Source: Wickerhamiella versatilis (lineage: Eukaryota). Taken from it: a stretch of 64,000 nucleotides of DNA. Shown in pieces: positions 1 through 11,662 of this stretch (its first letter is position 1; each line of letters starts with the position of its first letter). The DNA lies in the NCBI GenBank assembly GCA_030867685.1, contig JAQOWU010000008.1, positions 3,596,001 through 3,660,000 of the forward strand, written 5' to 3'. Under the pieces are notes generated by a model. The model was not told where the DNA came from. It saw only the letters and a program-made list of their open reading frames with translations, and did no database searches. Position numbers and translations under genes: made by a program.

Positions 1-957
1 GATAGCGAATGTTTGATGATTCTCGTCATATTCACCGACCGCCAATAAGCTATCATTCTGGGATTCTGAGAATGATTCAGATACAAGAAGTCTATCATTA
101 CCATCATATTCAAGAACAGTAGTTCCATAAGAAGTCACCAAAAAAAGCCATTTTGGATCAAGCCACAAGAGGCGATTAAGTGGTGGACATGGCTCTTGCA
201 TCAGCTCTTGTACTTGATTCCGTGGCTCAAAAACAGATATTCCTTGACTACTACTCGTAAAAAGCCTATTACGATCGATGATACCATGCTCCACTGATAA
301 TTGAGGGCTCTCGTCAACTTCATAGCATATGGAATCTCCGTTCAAATTCAAACAAAAGTTGGAGCCAGAACCAACAATGCGACTATTTATTGGCTCCACA
401 GAAACTTTGGGAAAAAAATGCAATTCCAGAATTTGTGACTGGTCAATGCTAAAAAGCCTCCCATCTGTGCTATCATATGCCTGAGGGTCTTGTTCAGGTA
501 TCCACCGACGACCCACCGTGTTTCCAGAGAGTGCATCAGACAAGTTGACCGCAGTTACTCCGTGCTTTCGACAAATGGCGACAGCATCATGGCGGATGGT
601 CCAGATCTGCCGGATTTCTCCTAAGTCGTAATCGATGGGCAAAGTGCAAATCGTTTCAGTCACCGAGCACACCCGAATTCGAGGTTGCCGTGAAGGCTGT
701 GCGATCCATAGCAGAGGTCCAGTATCCGAGCTCAGGTCCCATGTCAAAGCCATTGGCCTTGGCAAAGGTGTTGCATCGTCTTCAAGGGGCAATCTGAAAC
801 GACCACAGAATTTAAGTCCATTTTCCAAGCAGGAGTACAGAGCTACTGCCCCATCCATAATTGCTATGTATTGGCCACTAGGTTCTGCAACTATGCCAAT
901 AGTCTTTGGTTCCCTATTGGGAAGCATTATTCTTTGGCGCCATACAAGCCTAGCCAT
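1..957 (-). CDS. Uncharacterised protein, 5' part only (runs off window start)
   Basis: Manual translation from ATG 957 (MARLVWRQRIMLPNREPKTIGIVAEPSGQY...) gives 319 codons with no stop to position 1. Absent from the ORF track because no stop is in the window. Family not recognised. Confidence 0.7.
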   Translation of the reverse strand, partial: MARLVWRQRIMLPNREPKTIGIVAEPSGQYIAIMDGAVALYSCLENGLKFCGRFRLPLEDDATPLPRPMALTWDLSSDTGPLLWIAQPSRQPRIRVCSVTETICTLPIDYDLGEIRQIWTIRHDAVAICRKHGVTAVNLSDALSGNTVGRRWIPEQDPQAYDSTDGRLFSIDQSQILELHFFPKVSVEPINSRIVGSGSNFCLNLNGDSICYEVDESPQLSVEHGIIDRNRLFTSSSQGISVFEPRNQVQELMQEPCPPLNRLLWLDPKWLFLVTSYGTTVLEYDGNDRLLVSESFSESQNDSLLAVGEYDENHQTFAI

Positions 958-1574
958 ACAGCTAGAACACGATATACAAACAACTTCGCCCGAACCAAGC
1001 AGTAAAAAAACGGAATTCGCGTGACAAGCTGCGTCAAGAATAACTGATCCTAGCTGTATACAAAAGGCCATGTATTCCACAGCTGATCGGGTGACTTTGA
1101 CCAATTTCTCATTCACATAGAAAAGGCGACACAGCCTTGTACTAGGAAGGATTGGTGTATAATGATATGCACAATTTAATGAAGGCAAGGCCAGTTCAAC
1201 ATCCCACAACGCGGAGATACCTGATATGCCTGACACTTCACCCCCCTCCGCCATGTATAATAGTAAGCGTTATTGAACAGATGAGAATTTCAACTACTGA
1301 GGTCAAATTATGGCCTCTTTCTGAGCTATTTTGAATAAAATTCTCGAAAAAAATACTTTGTAGATAGGCCTAGGGTGCCATGTTGTGGCCAATAGATATA
1401 CATATCAACCTAAGTACAGGAAAGCAAATGCAGGGTAATGCAAATATATTTTCTTATTGCAAGTCAATTTATAATGGCTGTAGTTTGCCAAATCCTGCCG
1501 TTGAATATTTGACAACCCGTACCCGAGGGGTAGGTGTAGTTTCGTCAGCAGTCTGTCGAGTAAAGGACGCACAG

Positions 1575-3578
1575 ATGGCACCGGTTTATGCTGCGGTGTA
1601 TTCTAGCGTCCCTGTATGGATGTTGACGGCAAATGGGGTTGGCGTCATGCGCCGTCAGGGTGATGGCTGGGTCAATGCAACCCACCTTCTAAAGGTGGCA
1701 GCTTTGGATAAGCCTCGTCGTACGCGAATCCTTGAACGCGACATCCAAACCGGAGAGCATGAAAAGGTTCAAGGAGGATATGGTAAGTATCAAGGCACGT
1801 GGATTCCCCCAGACCGTGCTATTGAACTAGCAAAGCAGTTCAATATTTTGGATGAGGTTCGTGATCTCCTTATGTATTCTTCAGACACCAATGGTGCAGC
1901 AGAGGCACTTCCCCCTCCACCACGGCAAACTTCTGTCGCACGTAAAGCACCCGCTGAAAGAAGGCCGTTGAAGCGTGCCCGCAAAGCTACCACGATGCCA
2001 GCCGCAGTACCTCGACCCAAGCCCAAAGCACCATCCCCTTCAAGCGACGGCCTTAGTAGTGGAGAATCTCCAGGATGGGGAGGATCAGAAGAAGAAAGCT
2101 ACCGTAATGATGGGGATGTACGATCCCAGTGGCCCGTGATATCTGATAGATCCTACATGTCAGAGTATGCAGCCAAACTTTTAGACTACTTCATGAGCCC
2201 TGAAAAAGCCCCGGTACCCGAATTTTTGTTGTGGCCCCGACCCGGATTTCACATTAACCAGATGATTGATGATGAAGGTAATACTGCTTTTCATTGGACT
2301 TGTGCAATGGGGGTGACTGAAGTAATGGAGGCGTTATTACATGCCGGGGCAGATCCTTCAAGCCAAAATAATGCTGGGCACACACCTTTAGTGCGCGCAA
2401 TAATGTTCACGAATAACTATGACTTACGGACTTTTCCTAAGGTTTTGGACCTACTACGACAAACATTGTTACATGTAGACAGGCAAGGCCAAACGCTTTT
2501 GCATCATATAGCTTCTACTGCTGCTAACCGCTCGCGTATAAGCTGCACGAGGTACTATATGGAGATGTTCCTCGCGAAACTCAGTGAAATACAAGACTCT
2601 AAAAAGATTGCTGACTTTGTTAATCGAGGAGACATCAATGGAGATACAGCATTACATATTGCTAGCAGAAATGGCTCCCGAAAACTGATAAAGGTACTTC
2701 TTCATTATCATGCAAGCCCTCAGCTTGAGAATAAGATTGGGCGCACCCCGCATGACTATATTTTCGATCTAGATAGTCAACGTCAAATGGCTACTAGCTC
2801 GTCGCCACCTTATACCCCAAATCAGAATTATCAAATGATGCCTATGGTAGTATATGGTGATCCTTCGATGTATCCTCAGTCAATGATGATGCAACAACAA
2901 CAGCAACAACAGCAACAGCAGCAGCAGCTCCAACAGCCAATAATGGGATTGCAACAAAATAAACAGCAGCAACATGTTAGTGAGGCTGCCGCAGAAGCAA
3001 CAGGAAACATGCCTACTGCTGTTAATGAGCTTCTAGAGGAGCTGGCGCATACCTTTGATGCAGATCTTCAGGATAGGGACAATGATATCGATCAGATAAG
3101 ACAATTGCTCGAAAGTGTGAAGCAAAAGGTAATCAGTGCTCGCGAAATACAAATCCCCATGCTGCGGGCTCAGCTAGGATCTCAAGGGATAAATTCCGTG
3201 GAACTGGAGCGAGAGCATGAGATAGTAATACAGAGAACGAAAGAGCTCTATCATATATTTGAGCGTAATCAGGCGAAGGACTTAGCTGAGCTGGTCCAGA
3301 GTGAAGAAATAACCATACAAATGGAGCTCACAGAGCAACTCAAAATGCAGGGAGCCTTTGACACCTCTCAACAAAAGGCACTAGAGCTACGGCTCAGGGA
3401 CTTACAAGAGGACCGTAACAATTTTGTCCATGAAGTGGTAGAGCTCTCAGCGAATTCAGGAGCGCGTGAGAAAATGAAAGAATATCGTCACCTTTTGGCT
3501 ATGTGTTGTGACATGCGCGAAGATGAAATTGACGGTTTACTAGATGGGATCACCCAAGTTTTGGAAGACCGTCAATAA
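1575..3578 (+). CDS. MBF/SBF G1-S transcription factor (APSES/KilA-N DNA-binding domain plus ankyrin repeats, Mbp1/Swi4/Res-like)
   Basis: WVNATHLLKVA...KVQGGYGKYQGTWIP KilA-N motif; ankyrins DDEGNTAFHW and DINGDTALHIA; C-terminal coiled coil. Likely start is MAPVYAAVYS at 1575 (ORF open from 1380). Confidence 0.9.
   Translation: MAPVYAAVYSSVPVWMLTANGVGVMRRQGDGWVNATHLLKVAALDKPRRTRILERDIQTGEHEKVQGGYGKYQGTWIPPDRAIELAKQFNILDEVRDLLMYSSDTNGAAEALPPPPRQTSVARKAPAERRPLKRARKATTMPAAVPRPKPKAPSPSSDGLSSGESPGWGGSEEESYRNDGDVRSQWPVISDRSYMSEYAAKLLDYFMSPEKAPVPEFLLWPRPGFHINQMIDDEGNTAFHWTCAMGVTEVMEALLHAGADPSSQNNAGHTPLVRAIMFTNNYDLRTFPKVLDLLRQTLLHVDRQGQTLLHHIASTAANRSRISCTRYYMEMFLAKLSEIQDSKKIADFVNRGDINGDTALHIASRNGSRKLIKVLLHYHASPQLENKIGRTPHDYIFDLDSQRQMATSSSPPYTPNQNYQMMPMVVYGDPSMYPQSMMMQQQQQQQQQQQQLQQPIMGLQQNKQQQHVSEAAAEATGNMPTAVNELLEELAHTFDADLQDRDNDIDQIRQLLESVKQKVISAREIQIPMLRAQLGSQGINSVELEREHEIVIQRTKELYHIFERNQAKDLAELVQSEEITIQMELTEQLKMQGAFDTSQQKALELRLRDLQEDRNNFVHEVVELSANSGAREKMKEYRHLLAMCCDMREDEIDGLLDGITQVLEDRQ
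2892..2927 (+). repeat. CAA/CAG repeat encoding a polyglutamine tract
   Basis: caacaacaacagcaacaacagcaacagcagcagcag within the APSES gene. Confidence 0.9.
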
Positions 3579-3680
3579 TTTTGATTTAGTTTATTGCCTA
3601 GAAACATTAGTAGATTCATTTAACTGCCATCATATTCAGTATTGAAAATTGGCTAAAAAAATATTTGTCATCAGTTGTCG

Positions 3681-6368
3681 ATGGCAGACGTAGAGAATTC
3701 TCTACGTGGATTGGATGAGACAGAGGAGGACAAACAGATGCTTCGTGAGGTAGAAGCTGAGGGCTCTGATGTAGAGGGCAGTGAAGCTCCTGATGGGTTA
3801 GCTGATGACGTCGCTCAACTTTGGAGCTCACTTACAAAAGAGAGTAAGCCAAAGAAGACCGTTTTCGACAAAGAAGTCCCTGGGCATCGTGATGAAACTG
3901 TAAAACCACCAAAGAAGAAAGAAAACAACTTGGAACCGGTGAGAATTGAAACTAATAAAAAGCAGAAAGATAGAAAGCCTGCTACATCCCCTGAGAAAAA
4001 AAGTGTTTCTGCGCCAACAGAGGCACCTCAACCGGGTAAGAAGAAGTCCAAGCAAAAAGCTCGTATTGCTTCGATTTCTCATCCTGGAACGCTCGTCATA
4101 AAGGACGAAGCACCATGGTATGAAATACCTTTTCCAGAAGAAGGAGACGAAATAGCACCAGATCTCGTTCCAGAGCTCAAAGAAAAAGCTATGGAGATGT
4201 TGAGAGCTGAGAATGAGATCTATTCTAAGCTACGTTTGCGTGATCGTGAATATTCAAACTCTCTACAGTTCTTGAGAAGCGGAACATTTAGTGATCAGTT
4301 GGGTAGCTTGTCAATTCTAGCCACCGACTCACCGCTTCATAGCATCAGTTTTCTCGAGTCTTTATATAATAAGTGTGAGGCAAAGAATAGAGAAAGTGCT
4401 ACTCGTGCGCTCGAGGTGGTCAAAGACCTCTTATTATCCCACATTTTACCAAATCGACGACTTCGGTGGTTCTCCGCACAACCGCATATACTTAATGTAC
4501 GGGGCCTGATATTGATGGCTTTTGAAGATTGGCTTAAGCAGTACTATTTCAAACTACTACAAATCATGGAACGTCTTTCGGGCGACACTGTTGAGGCAAG
4601 CCGCATTCGCTCTTTGCACTGCATATTTGATCTTTTCCGTGGCAAACCCGAGCAAGAAGCGAATTTACTGCGGCTGGGGCTCAATAAACTAGGAGACCCA
4701 AGTGGAAAAGTATCGTCGCGGGTCAAGAAGCTCGTTCTCGATACACTGCAAGAACACCCTGGGATGAAATCCATTGTGGCATCAACAGTGAAGGAACTAC
4801 TTGAGCGTGTGCATGAATATCATTTTCGTTATTATGCGATGGATATGCTCAGTGATTTTATAATGAGCCGAAAAGAATCTTCGCTGGCCAACCAGCTAAT
4901 AAATATATATCTCGATATGTTTGAACGGTTGCTGAGTGAATGGAATGAGCTAGGAAGTACGTCACTGGAAGATCAGAAATTACCAGAGCGTCATAGCAGA
5001 AGAAAAAAGCCAGCGCGAGGAAAGAAGGGTGGTATCAAGCAAGAACAGAAAACAACTGATCAAGCTGAAGAGGAGAAGCGTGTAAGGCTCGTATCTAAGA
5101 TTTTTACGGGCCTTAACCGTGCTTTCCCATACAGCAATCTGAGCCCAGAAGTTTTTGACAAACATACAGATACATTATACCGCATGAGCCATTCATCAAA
5201 TGTGGGGACCTTAGTAGAGGCACTTGGCTTCATCTACCAGTTGTCTAAAGCTCGATCAGATCACGGAAATCACGATGGACAGGTTGATCGCTTTTACCGA
5301 GCACTGTACGATAGTTTACTGGATTCGCGGCTCTGCTATTCATCAAAGTTAAATAAGTACTTGCATTTAGTACTTCGAGCGGTAGTGGATGACAAGGACA
5401 ATGTTCCTCGCTCGACAGCATTTGCCAAGCGTATTGGACAGTCTGCTTCACAGTGGCCCGAGGTGGGCGCAGCAGCTAGTCTCGTATACATTATTTCGCG
5501 AATACCAGCAATTAATGAAATGGGGTCCGGGCCAGAGGATTATGATTTCCGTAAGCGGGAACCTCGATATGCTAAAGCAGAAACATCAAAGTTGTGGGAA
5601 TTAGTATTTTTGACGAATCACTACCACCCCACGGTATCCCTTTATGCCACTAATGTCTTAGACCCTCGTGGAGATTTGGATATGCCTGATGTTTCTCACC
5701 ATACTGTGTCCAATTTCTTAGCAAAATGGTCGTATGAGAAACCTCGAGAACGCGAAAACACTCGGGGTGGCAGTATATTCCAGCGTCTATCTGGTTACAC
5801 AGATATTGGACTGGGTGTCAGACAGCAAGCACCAGCCAACCTTGAACCCGCCTCGGTCCAAGATTGGGCTAACAGAAGTTCGACACAAGTTGCACCAGAC
5901 GAGCAATTCTTCTTGGAATATTTCAAGGATAGACCGCGAAAGGAAAAGACTGCTCAAAAACCCGAAGCCGCAGGAGATGATGATGGTTCAGGAACAGACG
6001 AAGAGGAGATTTTCGATGCAATCACGAAGTCGAATGGTGCAGAACTTGATGATGATGGTGAGCTTGGATTTTCTGACATGGAGTCAGACCCAGGTGACGA
6101 CGAAGAATTGGCCGCTGCAATGGAATCCTCAGATGATTCTGGAGGAGAAGTTGACGATGTGGAAATGAATTCTGATGGTGAGGTGGCATTCGAATCTGGC
6201 TCTCAGGATGAATCTGAACCGGATGTGGAACAAAGCACACAAGTAGGTGCCGACTCTGAGGAGAAAGTTGATTCAGCCAAACGCAAGCGTAAGCGCGAAT
6301 GGTCATCTATGCCTACTTTTATGGATGCTGATGATTTTGCTGAGGAAATGTCTAAGCGTCGAAAGTAA
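3681..6368 (+). CDS. MAK21: Ribosome biogenesis protein Mak21/Noc1 (CBF/Mak21 family)
   Basis: SGTFSDQLGSL, KPEQEANLLRLGLNKLGD, YDFRKREPRYA, LWEL...HYHPTVSLYA motifs and acidic C-terminus. First ATG at 3681. Confidence 0.9.
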   Translation: MADVENSLRGLDETEEDKQMLREVEAEGSDVEGSEAPDGLADDVAQLWSSLTKESKPKKTVFDKEVPGHRDETVKPPKKKENNLEPVRIETNKKQKDRKPATSPEKKSVSAPTEAPQPGKKKSKQKARIASISHPGTLVIKDEAPWYEIPFPEEGDEIAPDLVPELKEKAMEMLRAENEIYSKLRLRDREYSNSLQFLRSGTFSDQLGSLSILATDSPLHSISFLESLYNKCEAKNRESATRALEVVKDLLLSHILPNRRLRWFSAQPHILNVRGLILMAFEDWLKQYYFKLLQIMERLSGDTVEASRIRSLHCIFDLFRGKPEQEANLLRLGLNKLGDPSGKVSSRVKKLVLDTLQEHPGMKSIVASTVKELLERVHEYHFRYYAMDMLSDFIMSRKESSLANQLINIYLDMFERLLSEWNELGSTSLEDQKLPERHSRRKKPARGKKGGIKQEQKTTDQAEEEKRVRLVSKIFTGLNRAFPYSNLSPEVFDKHTDTLYRMSHSSNVGTLVEALGFIYQLSKARSDHGNHDGQVDRFYRALYDSLLDSRLCYSSKLNKYLHLVLRAVVDDKDNVPRSTAFAKRIGQSASQWPEVGAAASLVYIISRIPAINEMGSGPEDYDFRKREPRYAKAETSKLWELVFLTNHYHPTVSLYATNVLDPRGDLDMPDVSHHTVSNFLAKWSYEKPRERENTRGGSIFQRLSGYTDIGLGVRQQAPANLEPASVQDWANRSSTQVAPDEQFFLEYFKDRPRKEKTAQKPEAAGDDDGSGTDEEEIFDAITKSNGAELDDDGELGFSDMESDPGDDEELAAAMESSDDSGGEVDDVEMNSDGEVAFESGSQDESEPDVEQSTQVGADSEEKVDSAKRKRKREWSSMPTFMDADDFAEEMSKRRK

Positions 6369-6397
6369 ACTGAAAATTACATAAATTCTCTTTTTCT

Positions 6398-7381
6398 CTA
6401 TTTATCTAATTTTTCTCGGCCGTGCGGTTTTGTCCAATCAATGCTAGGCCCGATAGGTAGAAGTCCATAGGGGTTAATCGTTGGATGGCTCCGGAAGTAA
6501 TGGTTGCGAATATGATAAAGGTTTACTGTCTCTGCAACACCAGGAATCTGATATATATCGCAAAGATAACCAAATAAATTTGGATAATCCACGATTCGCT
6601 TTTTATCTGTCTTGAAGTGTGTCACATATACATGATCAAAACGTATGAGGGTCGTGAAGAGCCTAATGTCAGACGCAGTTAACTGCTTACCCGTCAAATA
6701 TCGCTTGGTTTCCAAAATACCCTCCAAGCGATCTAATGATTCGAAGAGAGGATATACATTTTCATCATATGCTACTTGTGAAGTAGCAAAGCCGCACTTA
6801 TATACACCGTTATTAACGGTGTCGTAAATCCAAGAATCGAGTTCTTGCATCAATGATAGGCTTTCTGCTGGGAAAAAATTTCCATGCTTCGCACCTACAC
6901 CATCGAATGCAGAATTGAACATTTCAATTATCTCTGTAGATTCATTGTTTACAATGGTCTTCTTTTCGGTATCCCAAAGTACAGGAACTGTAACACGTCC
7001 GGTGTATTTTGGGTCTGCCATTGTGTAAATCTGATACATGAAGTCCTTACCATATAGATCATCCCCAGTACTACCGGACGTCTTATCGAAAGTCCAACCG
7101 TGATCCAACATTAACGGTGAGACAACTGATACCGGGATGAGAGATTCAAGACCTTTTAAGCGGCGAAATATGAGAGTGCGATGTGCCCATGGACAGGCCA
7201 ATGATACATAGAGATGGTACCGGCCAGGTGCTGCTATGAACCCCCCGGCGCCAGATTTCCCAGGATCACCTGTTGGTGTGATCCAATTGCGAAATTGGCT
7301 ATTGCTTCTCACAAATCTACCACCTGAGCTTTTCGTATCATACCACACATTATGCCAAACACCATTGACGAGTTGACCCAT
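6398..7381 (-). CDS. Glutathionyl-hydroquinone reductase (Xi/omega-like GST), bacterial YqjG type
   Basis: RYHLYVSLACPWAHR active site, GRVTVPVLWD, NNGVYKCGFA. N-terminus MGQLVNGVWHNVWYDTKSSGGRF closely resembles E. coli YqjG as I recall it. Confidence 0.92.
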   Translation of the reverse strand: MGQLVNGVWHNVWYDTKSSGGRFVRSNSQFRNWITPTGDPGKSGAGGFIAAPGRYHLYVSLACPWAHRTLIFRRLKGLESLIPVSVVSPLMLDHGWTFDKTSGSTGDDLYGKDFMYQIYTMADPKYTGRVTVPVLWDTEKKTIVNNESTEIIEMFNSAFDGVGAKHGNFFPAESLSLMQELDSWIYDTVNNGVYKCGFATSQVAYDENVYPLFESLDRLEGILETKRYLTGKQLTASDIRLFTTLIRFDHVYVTHFKTDKKRIVDYPNLFGYLCDIYQIPGVAETVNLYHIRNHYFRSHPTINPYGLLPIGPSIDWTKPHGREKLDK

Positions 7382-7548
7382 ATTTTTTGATACTTAGCTA
7401 CTGGATTGCTTCTTAATTTATATATCTTCGATTACTTTAGTAATTACGCAGTGGGGATTATGTACTATTATAAAGATGTGTCGCTCTAGCGATTGCCAAT
7501 TTCAGACACCCCATAAATAATGTTCATCTGACCACATAAGCTAGGTAT

Positions 7549-7620
7549 GACTGCGTGGCGCAATGGTAGCGCATTGTCTTCCGGCGGCAAAGGTTGCGGG
7601 TTCGAGTCCCGCCGTGGTCT
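7549..7620 (+). tRNA. tRNA-Arg(CCG)
   Basis: Cloverleaf: acceptor GACTGCG/CGTGGTC, D-stem GCGC/GCGC, anticodon stem TTGTC/GGCAA with loop TTCCGGC, T-arm GCGGG-TTCGAGT-CCCGC. No intron. Confidence 0.93.
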
Positions 7621-7633
7621 AGCTGCTACATTG

Positions 7634-7642
7634 TTTTTTTTT
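7634..7642 (+). terminator. Pol III oligo-dT terminator of the tRNA
   Basis: T9 run 13 nt downstream of the tRNA 3' end. Confidence 0.75.
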
Positions 7643-7778
7643 CTTTCCGGAGTTGCCCTCATGATTTGTTTTTAAACTTGAATAAAAAATCTACTTTTTA
7701 GGCAAGACAATAAAATTCACTGTGCTGTCTGTAATTCTAACATCTATATAGTGTGCGGGCCACAGTCGCTGACAAATA

Positions 7779-8903
7779 ATGCTTTTTGGCACTCTGGGCC
7801 AGTTTCGGCCTACGCAGGCTGTCTTAACCTGCATTAGGACAGCTACGAAGCGAGCTTCAGGGGGTAAAAGTGCAAACAAAAATACGGCTGGTAGAAGACT
7901 GGGTCCTAAAAAAGGTGAAGGGGAGTATGTCGAACCTGGCCAAATAATATGGCGTCAGCGTGGTACGTCATGGTATCCCGGAGAGAATGTTGGGATAGGA
8001 CGGGATCATACATTGTACGCTCAAGAGCCTGGTTTTGTTCGCTATTATAGAGATCCTTTCCATGCTAGACGCCGTTTTATAGGCATAGCCCTGGGTAAAG
8101 AGGAAAGACTGCCGACTCCCCATTTTGCACCCCGGCGTCGCCGGTTTGGATTTATTCCAATAGACAACGATGAGATATCGGAATTTGAATTTGGATATTT
8201 GACCCGTAAAGAAACCCAGCGGGCTAAAGCACGGGATATTGTCCAGTCACATCGTGCTGTTGTCAAGGAACAACGTATTCAGGGACATAAAAAGATCCTT
8301 GCCGATTTAGTGCCCAATCTGGAATCTATAGATGCCCAAGCAGAACGCCTTGATGCTATTCTTGCTTTTGTGCAAGGAGGTACTCCGTTCATCGAAGCAC
8401 GCGATATTGTTACCAAGAATATTCTTCAGGATCTGGCCATATCAAAGAGTGTAGGAACCATTTCGGAGAATGAATATTCAGCAGCCCATAAAAGCTTTGT
8501 TGATTCTTGTGAGCAGGTCGATAATGCAGTAATGATTGGCCCGGCAAATAGGGTATGCAAAGCGCTATCCTTAGATGAGCTTTCTGCATCTCAGAAGGCA
8601 GCAGAGGAAGAAATTGTACAGATTGTTTCTAAAAATGGAGCGGAAGGTGCTACACCAGAAGTTGTGGAAAGTGTTAATGCCATTCTCGCCCAGCCCATCT
8701 TTTCGCCAGCCGCTGCCACTCGGCTTCGTCGAAAATATCTACGTCGGCCAGTGCCAGTACTTCTAGAGAACCCAGAAAAGGTTAAAGAGTTTGAAAAACG
8801 GGCAAGAAAAGGCGATGGAGAGATACGAAAGGTATGGGATTACGCAGATCGGAAAGTGCGCCAGTGGTTCGTACCCCCTGGTGCAAAACTTATATTTGAA
8901 TGA
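7779..8903 (+). CDS. MRP7: Mitochondrial ribosomal protein bL27m
   Basis: ATKRASG...AGRRLGPKKGEG...IIWRQRGT...PGENVGIGRDHTLYA L27 signature after a presequence, plus fungal C-terminal extension. Confidence 0.92.
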   Translation: MLFGTLGQFRPTQAVLTCIRTATKRASGGKSANKNTAGRRLGPKKGEGEYVEPGQIIWRQRGTSWYPGENVGIGRDHTLYAQEPGFVRYYRDPFHARRRFIGIALGKEERLPTPHFAPRRRRFGFIPIDNDEISEFEFGYLTRKETQRAKARDIVQSHRAVVKEQRIQGHKKILADLVPNLESIDAQAERLDAILAFVQGGTPFIEARDIVTKNILQDLAISKSVGTISENEYSAAHKSFVDSCEQVDNAVMIGPANRVCKALSLDELSASQKAAEEEIVQIVSKNGAEGATPEVVESVNAILAQPIFSPAAATRLRRKYLRRPVPVLLENPEKVKEFEKRARKGDGEIRKVWDYADRKVRQWFVPPGAKLIFE

Positions 8904-8928
8904 TCATGTACATAATAGTAACCCTTAT

Positions 8929-10035
8929 CTAGGAACTTTCATTTTTTAAATTAGCTTTTGTCACAAAATCATCGTAATTTAATTCGTAAACTTGGCCGCA
9001 GTTCGATTCCTGGTAGGACGCACCGCATTGCCAGATATAAGAGTAATCGTCATTGAGAGTCGTTCGTAATATCATTGGCCGGTTACAACGGCATCGTGGA
9101 AGATTTTTAGTTCTGAATTCCTTGCGATACATCCGGTAAGTCAGGCTTAGCCGCATCGTCCCCCAGAGTGGGTCTGGCTCCAATGTGCTAACCTGTGGGA
9201 TGCTATGCTTCCAGTTCTCCTGGCATCCAGAGTGCATTATAAGAAGGGAATTATGAGGGACTCGGATAGAGTAAATGGGGTATTCATGGGGATGCCGACG
9301 GTTCATGAGTCTGAACTCTCTGGTGCTGCCCAAGGAAAGACCAGCAATGATAGGTTCAGGCCCAATGTGGGTGAGCTGGTCTGAATGAAAAGCCAAGTTT
9401 TCAGTACGGTCTTTGAAAAGATTTGCCACGGTGATTCGAGAATCCCATTGTTGGTTCTCCGGTAGATAGCGTGACCGGGGTCGCTTGGAAATTTCTTTAT
9501 TTACTATATCCTGCACAACGTTACGGGCTTCAGCCATTTCAGGAAAAAAATTTCCTTGTACCGAGAGGCGTTCGCCGTTATACATGAAGTCTCGGCTAGA
9601 CAGCAACGTTGGATCATCTGTATACAACTGATTGCTGTGATGAGAATGCGCCTGTTTGTCAAAAAGCCAGAAGCGATTGTAAGTCCAGTCGGGGCTGTCC
9701 TCAATCAACTTTGCCGCCAGCAGATTAGCGGTAACTGGATCAAGAACGTTCCGATGTAAAGTACAGTATATTGGGGCCTCAGAAACTTGTTCTGCGGTAT
9801 GAAGATTCTGAATTGGTGCGATTTCTCCTTTTTTACGTTGTTTGCGTTGATGCGGCCTCGGCTTCATCACCTTGAAAGTGGTTTGTTTCATGTGTGTACT
9901 GCTTGAACTACATCCTAGAAGCTCAAGGACCTTCTTTACATCCCCATTGCATGAAACGATCAACTCAAGAACAGTTTCTGGATCTGCCTTAGGTGCTCGC
10001 CGTAAAACTGTAGATATCAACTGTTCTGTCGACAT
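8929..10035 (-). CDS. AlkB-family 2OG-Fe(II) dioxygenase with N-terminal CUE-like and C-terminal GRF-type zinc-finger domains
   Basis: FHSD...IAGLSLG...HNSLLIM...QENWKHSIP...RLSLTYR; CRC...WQC...C zinc finger. Confidence 0.82.
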   Translation of the reverse strand: MSTEQLISTVLRRAPKADPETVLELIVSCNGDVKKVLELLGCSSSSTHMKQTTFKVMKPRPHQRKQRKKGEIAPIQNLHTAEQVSEAPIYCTLHRNVLDPVTANLLAAKLIEDSPDWTYNRFWLFDKQAHSHHSNQLYTDDPTLLSSRDFMYNGERLSVQGNFFPEMAEARNVVQDIVNKEISKRPRSRYLPENQQWDSRITVANLFKDRTENLAFHSDQLTHIGPEPIIAGLSLGSTREFRLMNRRHPHEYPIYSIRVPHNSLLIMHSGCQENWKHSIPQVSTLEPDPLWGTMRLSLTYRMYRKEFRTKNLPRCRCNRPMILRTTLNDDYSYIWQCGASYQESNCGQVYELNYDDFVTKANLKNESS

Positions 10036-10078
10036 GGAACATATTATATAATTAGATAGTCCGATCTATTATTTAGAT

Positions 10079-11170
<1,092 letters not shown>

Positions 11171-11662
11171 TTACGACGCACGACGTGTATTTATGGCGCA
11201 GGCTCACGTATTCGCAGTTATGGGTTAGGGTGACATGTACGGATCTAACATGGAGGATCGAACCACGAAGGAAGCGAGTTCTGAGTTTGGGCGAGGCAGA
11301 AACACCAGAATTAGACTAAAGAGACCCATCTAAGAGCAAATATATCGAAACCCGATGTTTAGAAACCTACTAGCGATACATTGTACATCTTCAAGGTATG
11401 ACGATCACAACCTTGCATCAGCGATCTGTCACAACTACTCCTATAGTACTTAGCTGGTATCTAGGTGTTTCATCTCTCTGTTCAGCCAAAAAAATTCTGA
11501 TTGGGGCTTGTCAGCTTAGAAGGTTATGAGTAACATATTTTATCGTTGCCAAAAGGTCCACTAGCTGACACGCTTACCCGAACCCTTCTCTGCTGAGCTG
11601 AGAAAAAATCCTCTCCAGTTGTAGCAAGCTCGCAAGACTTAAATGGACATTATTGAAGACCA

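Noticed and set aside
635-1024. 129-aa plus-strand ORF
   Set aside because: Antisense shadow of the longer minus-strand ORF 957..<1.
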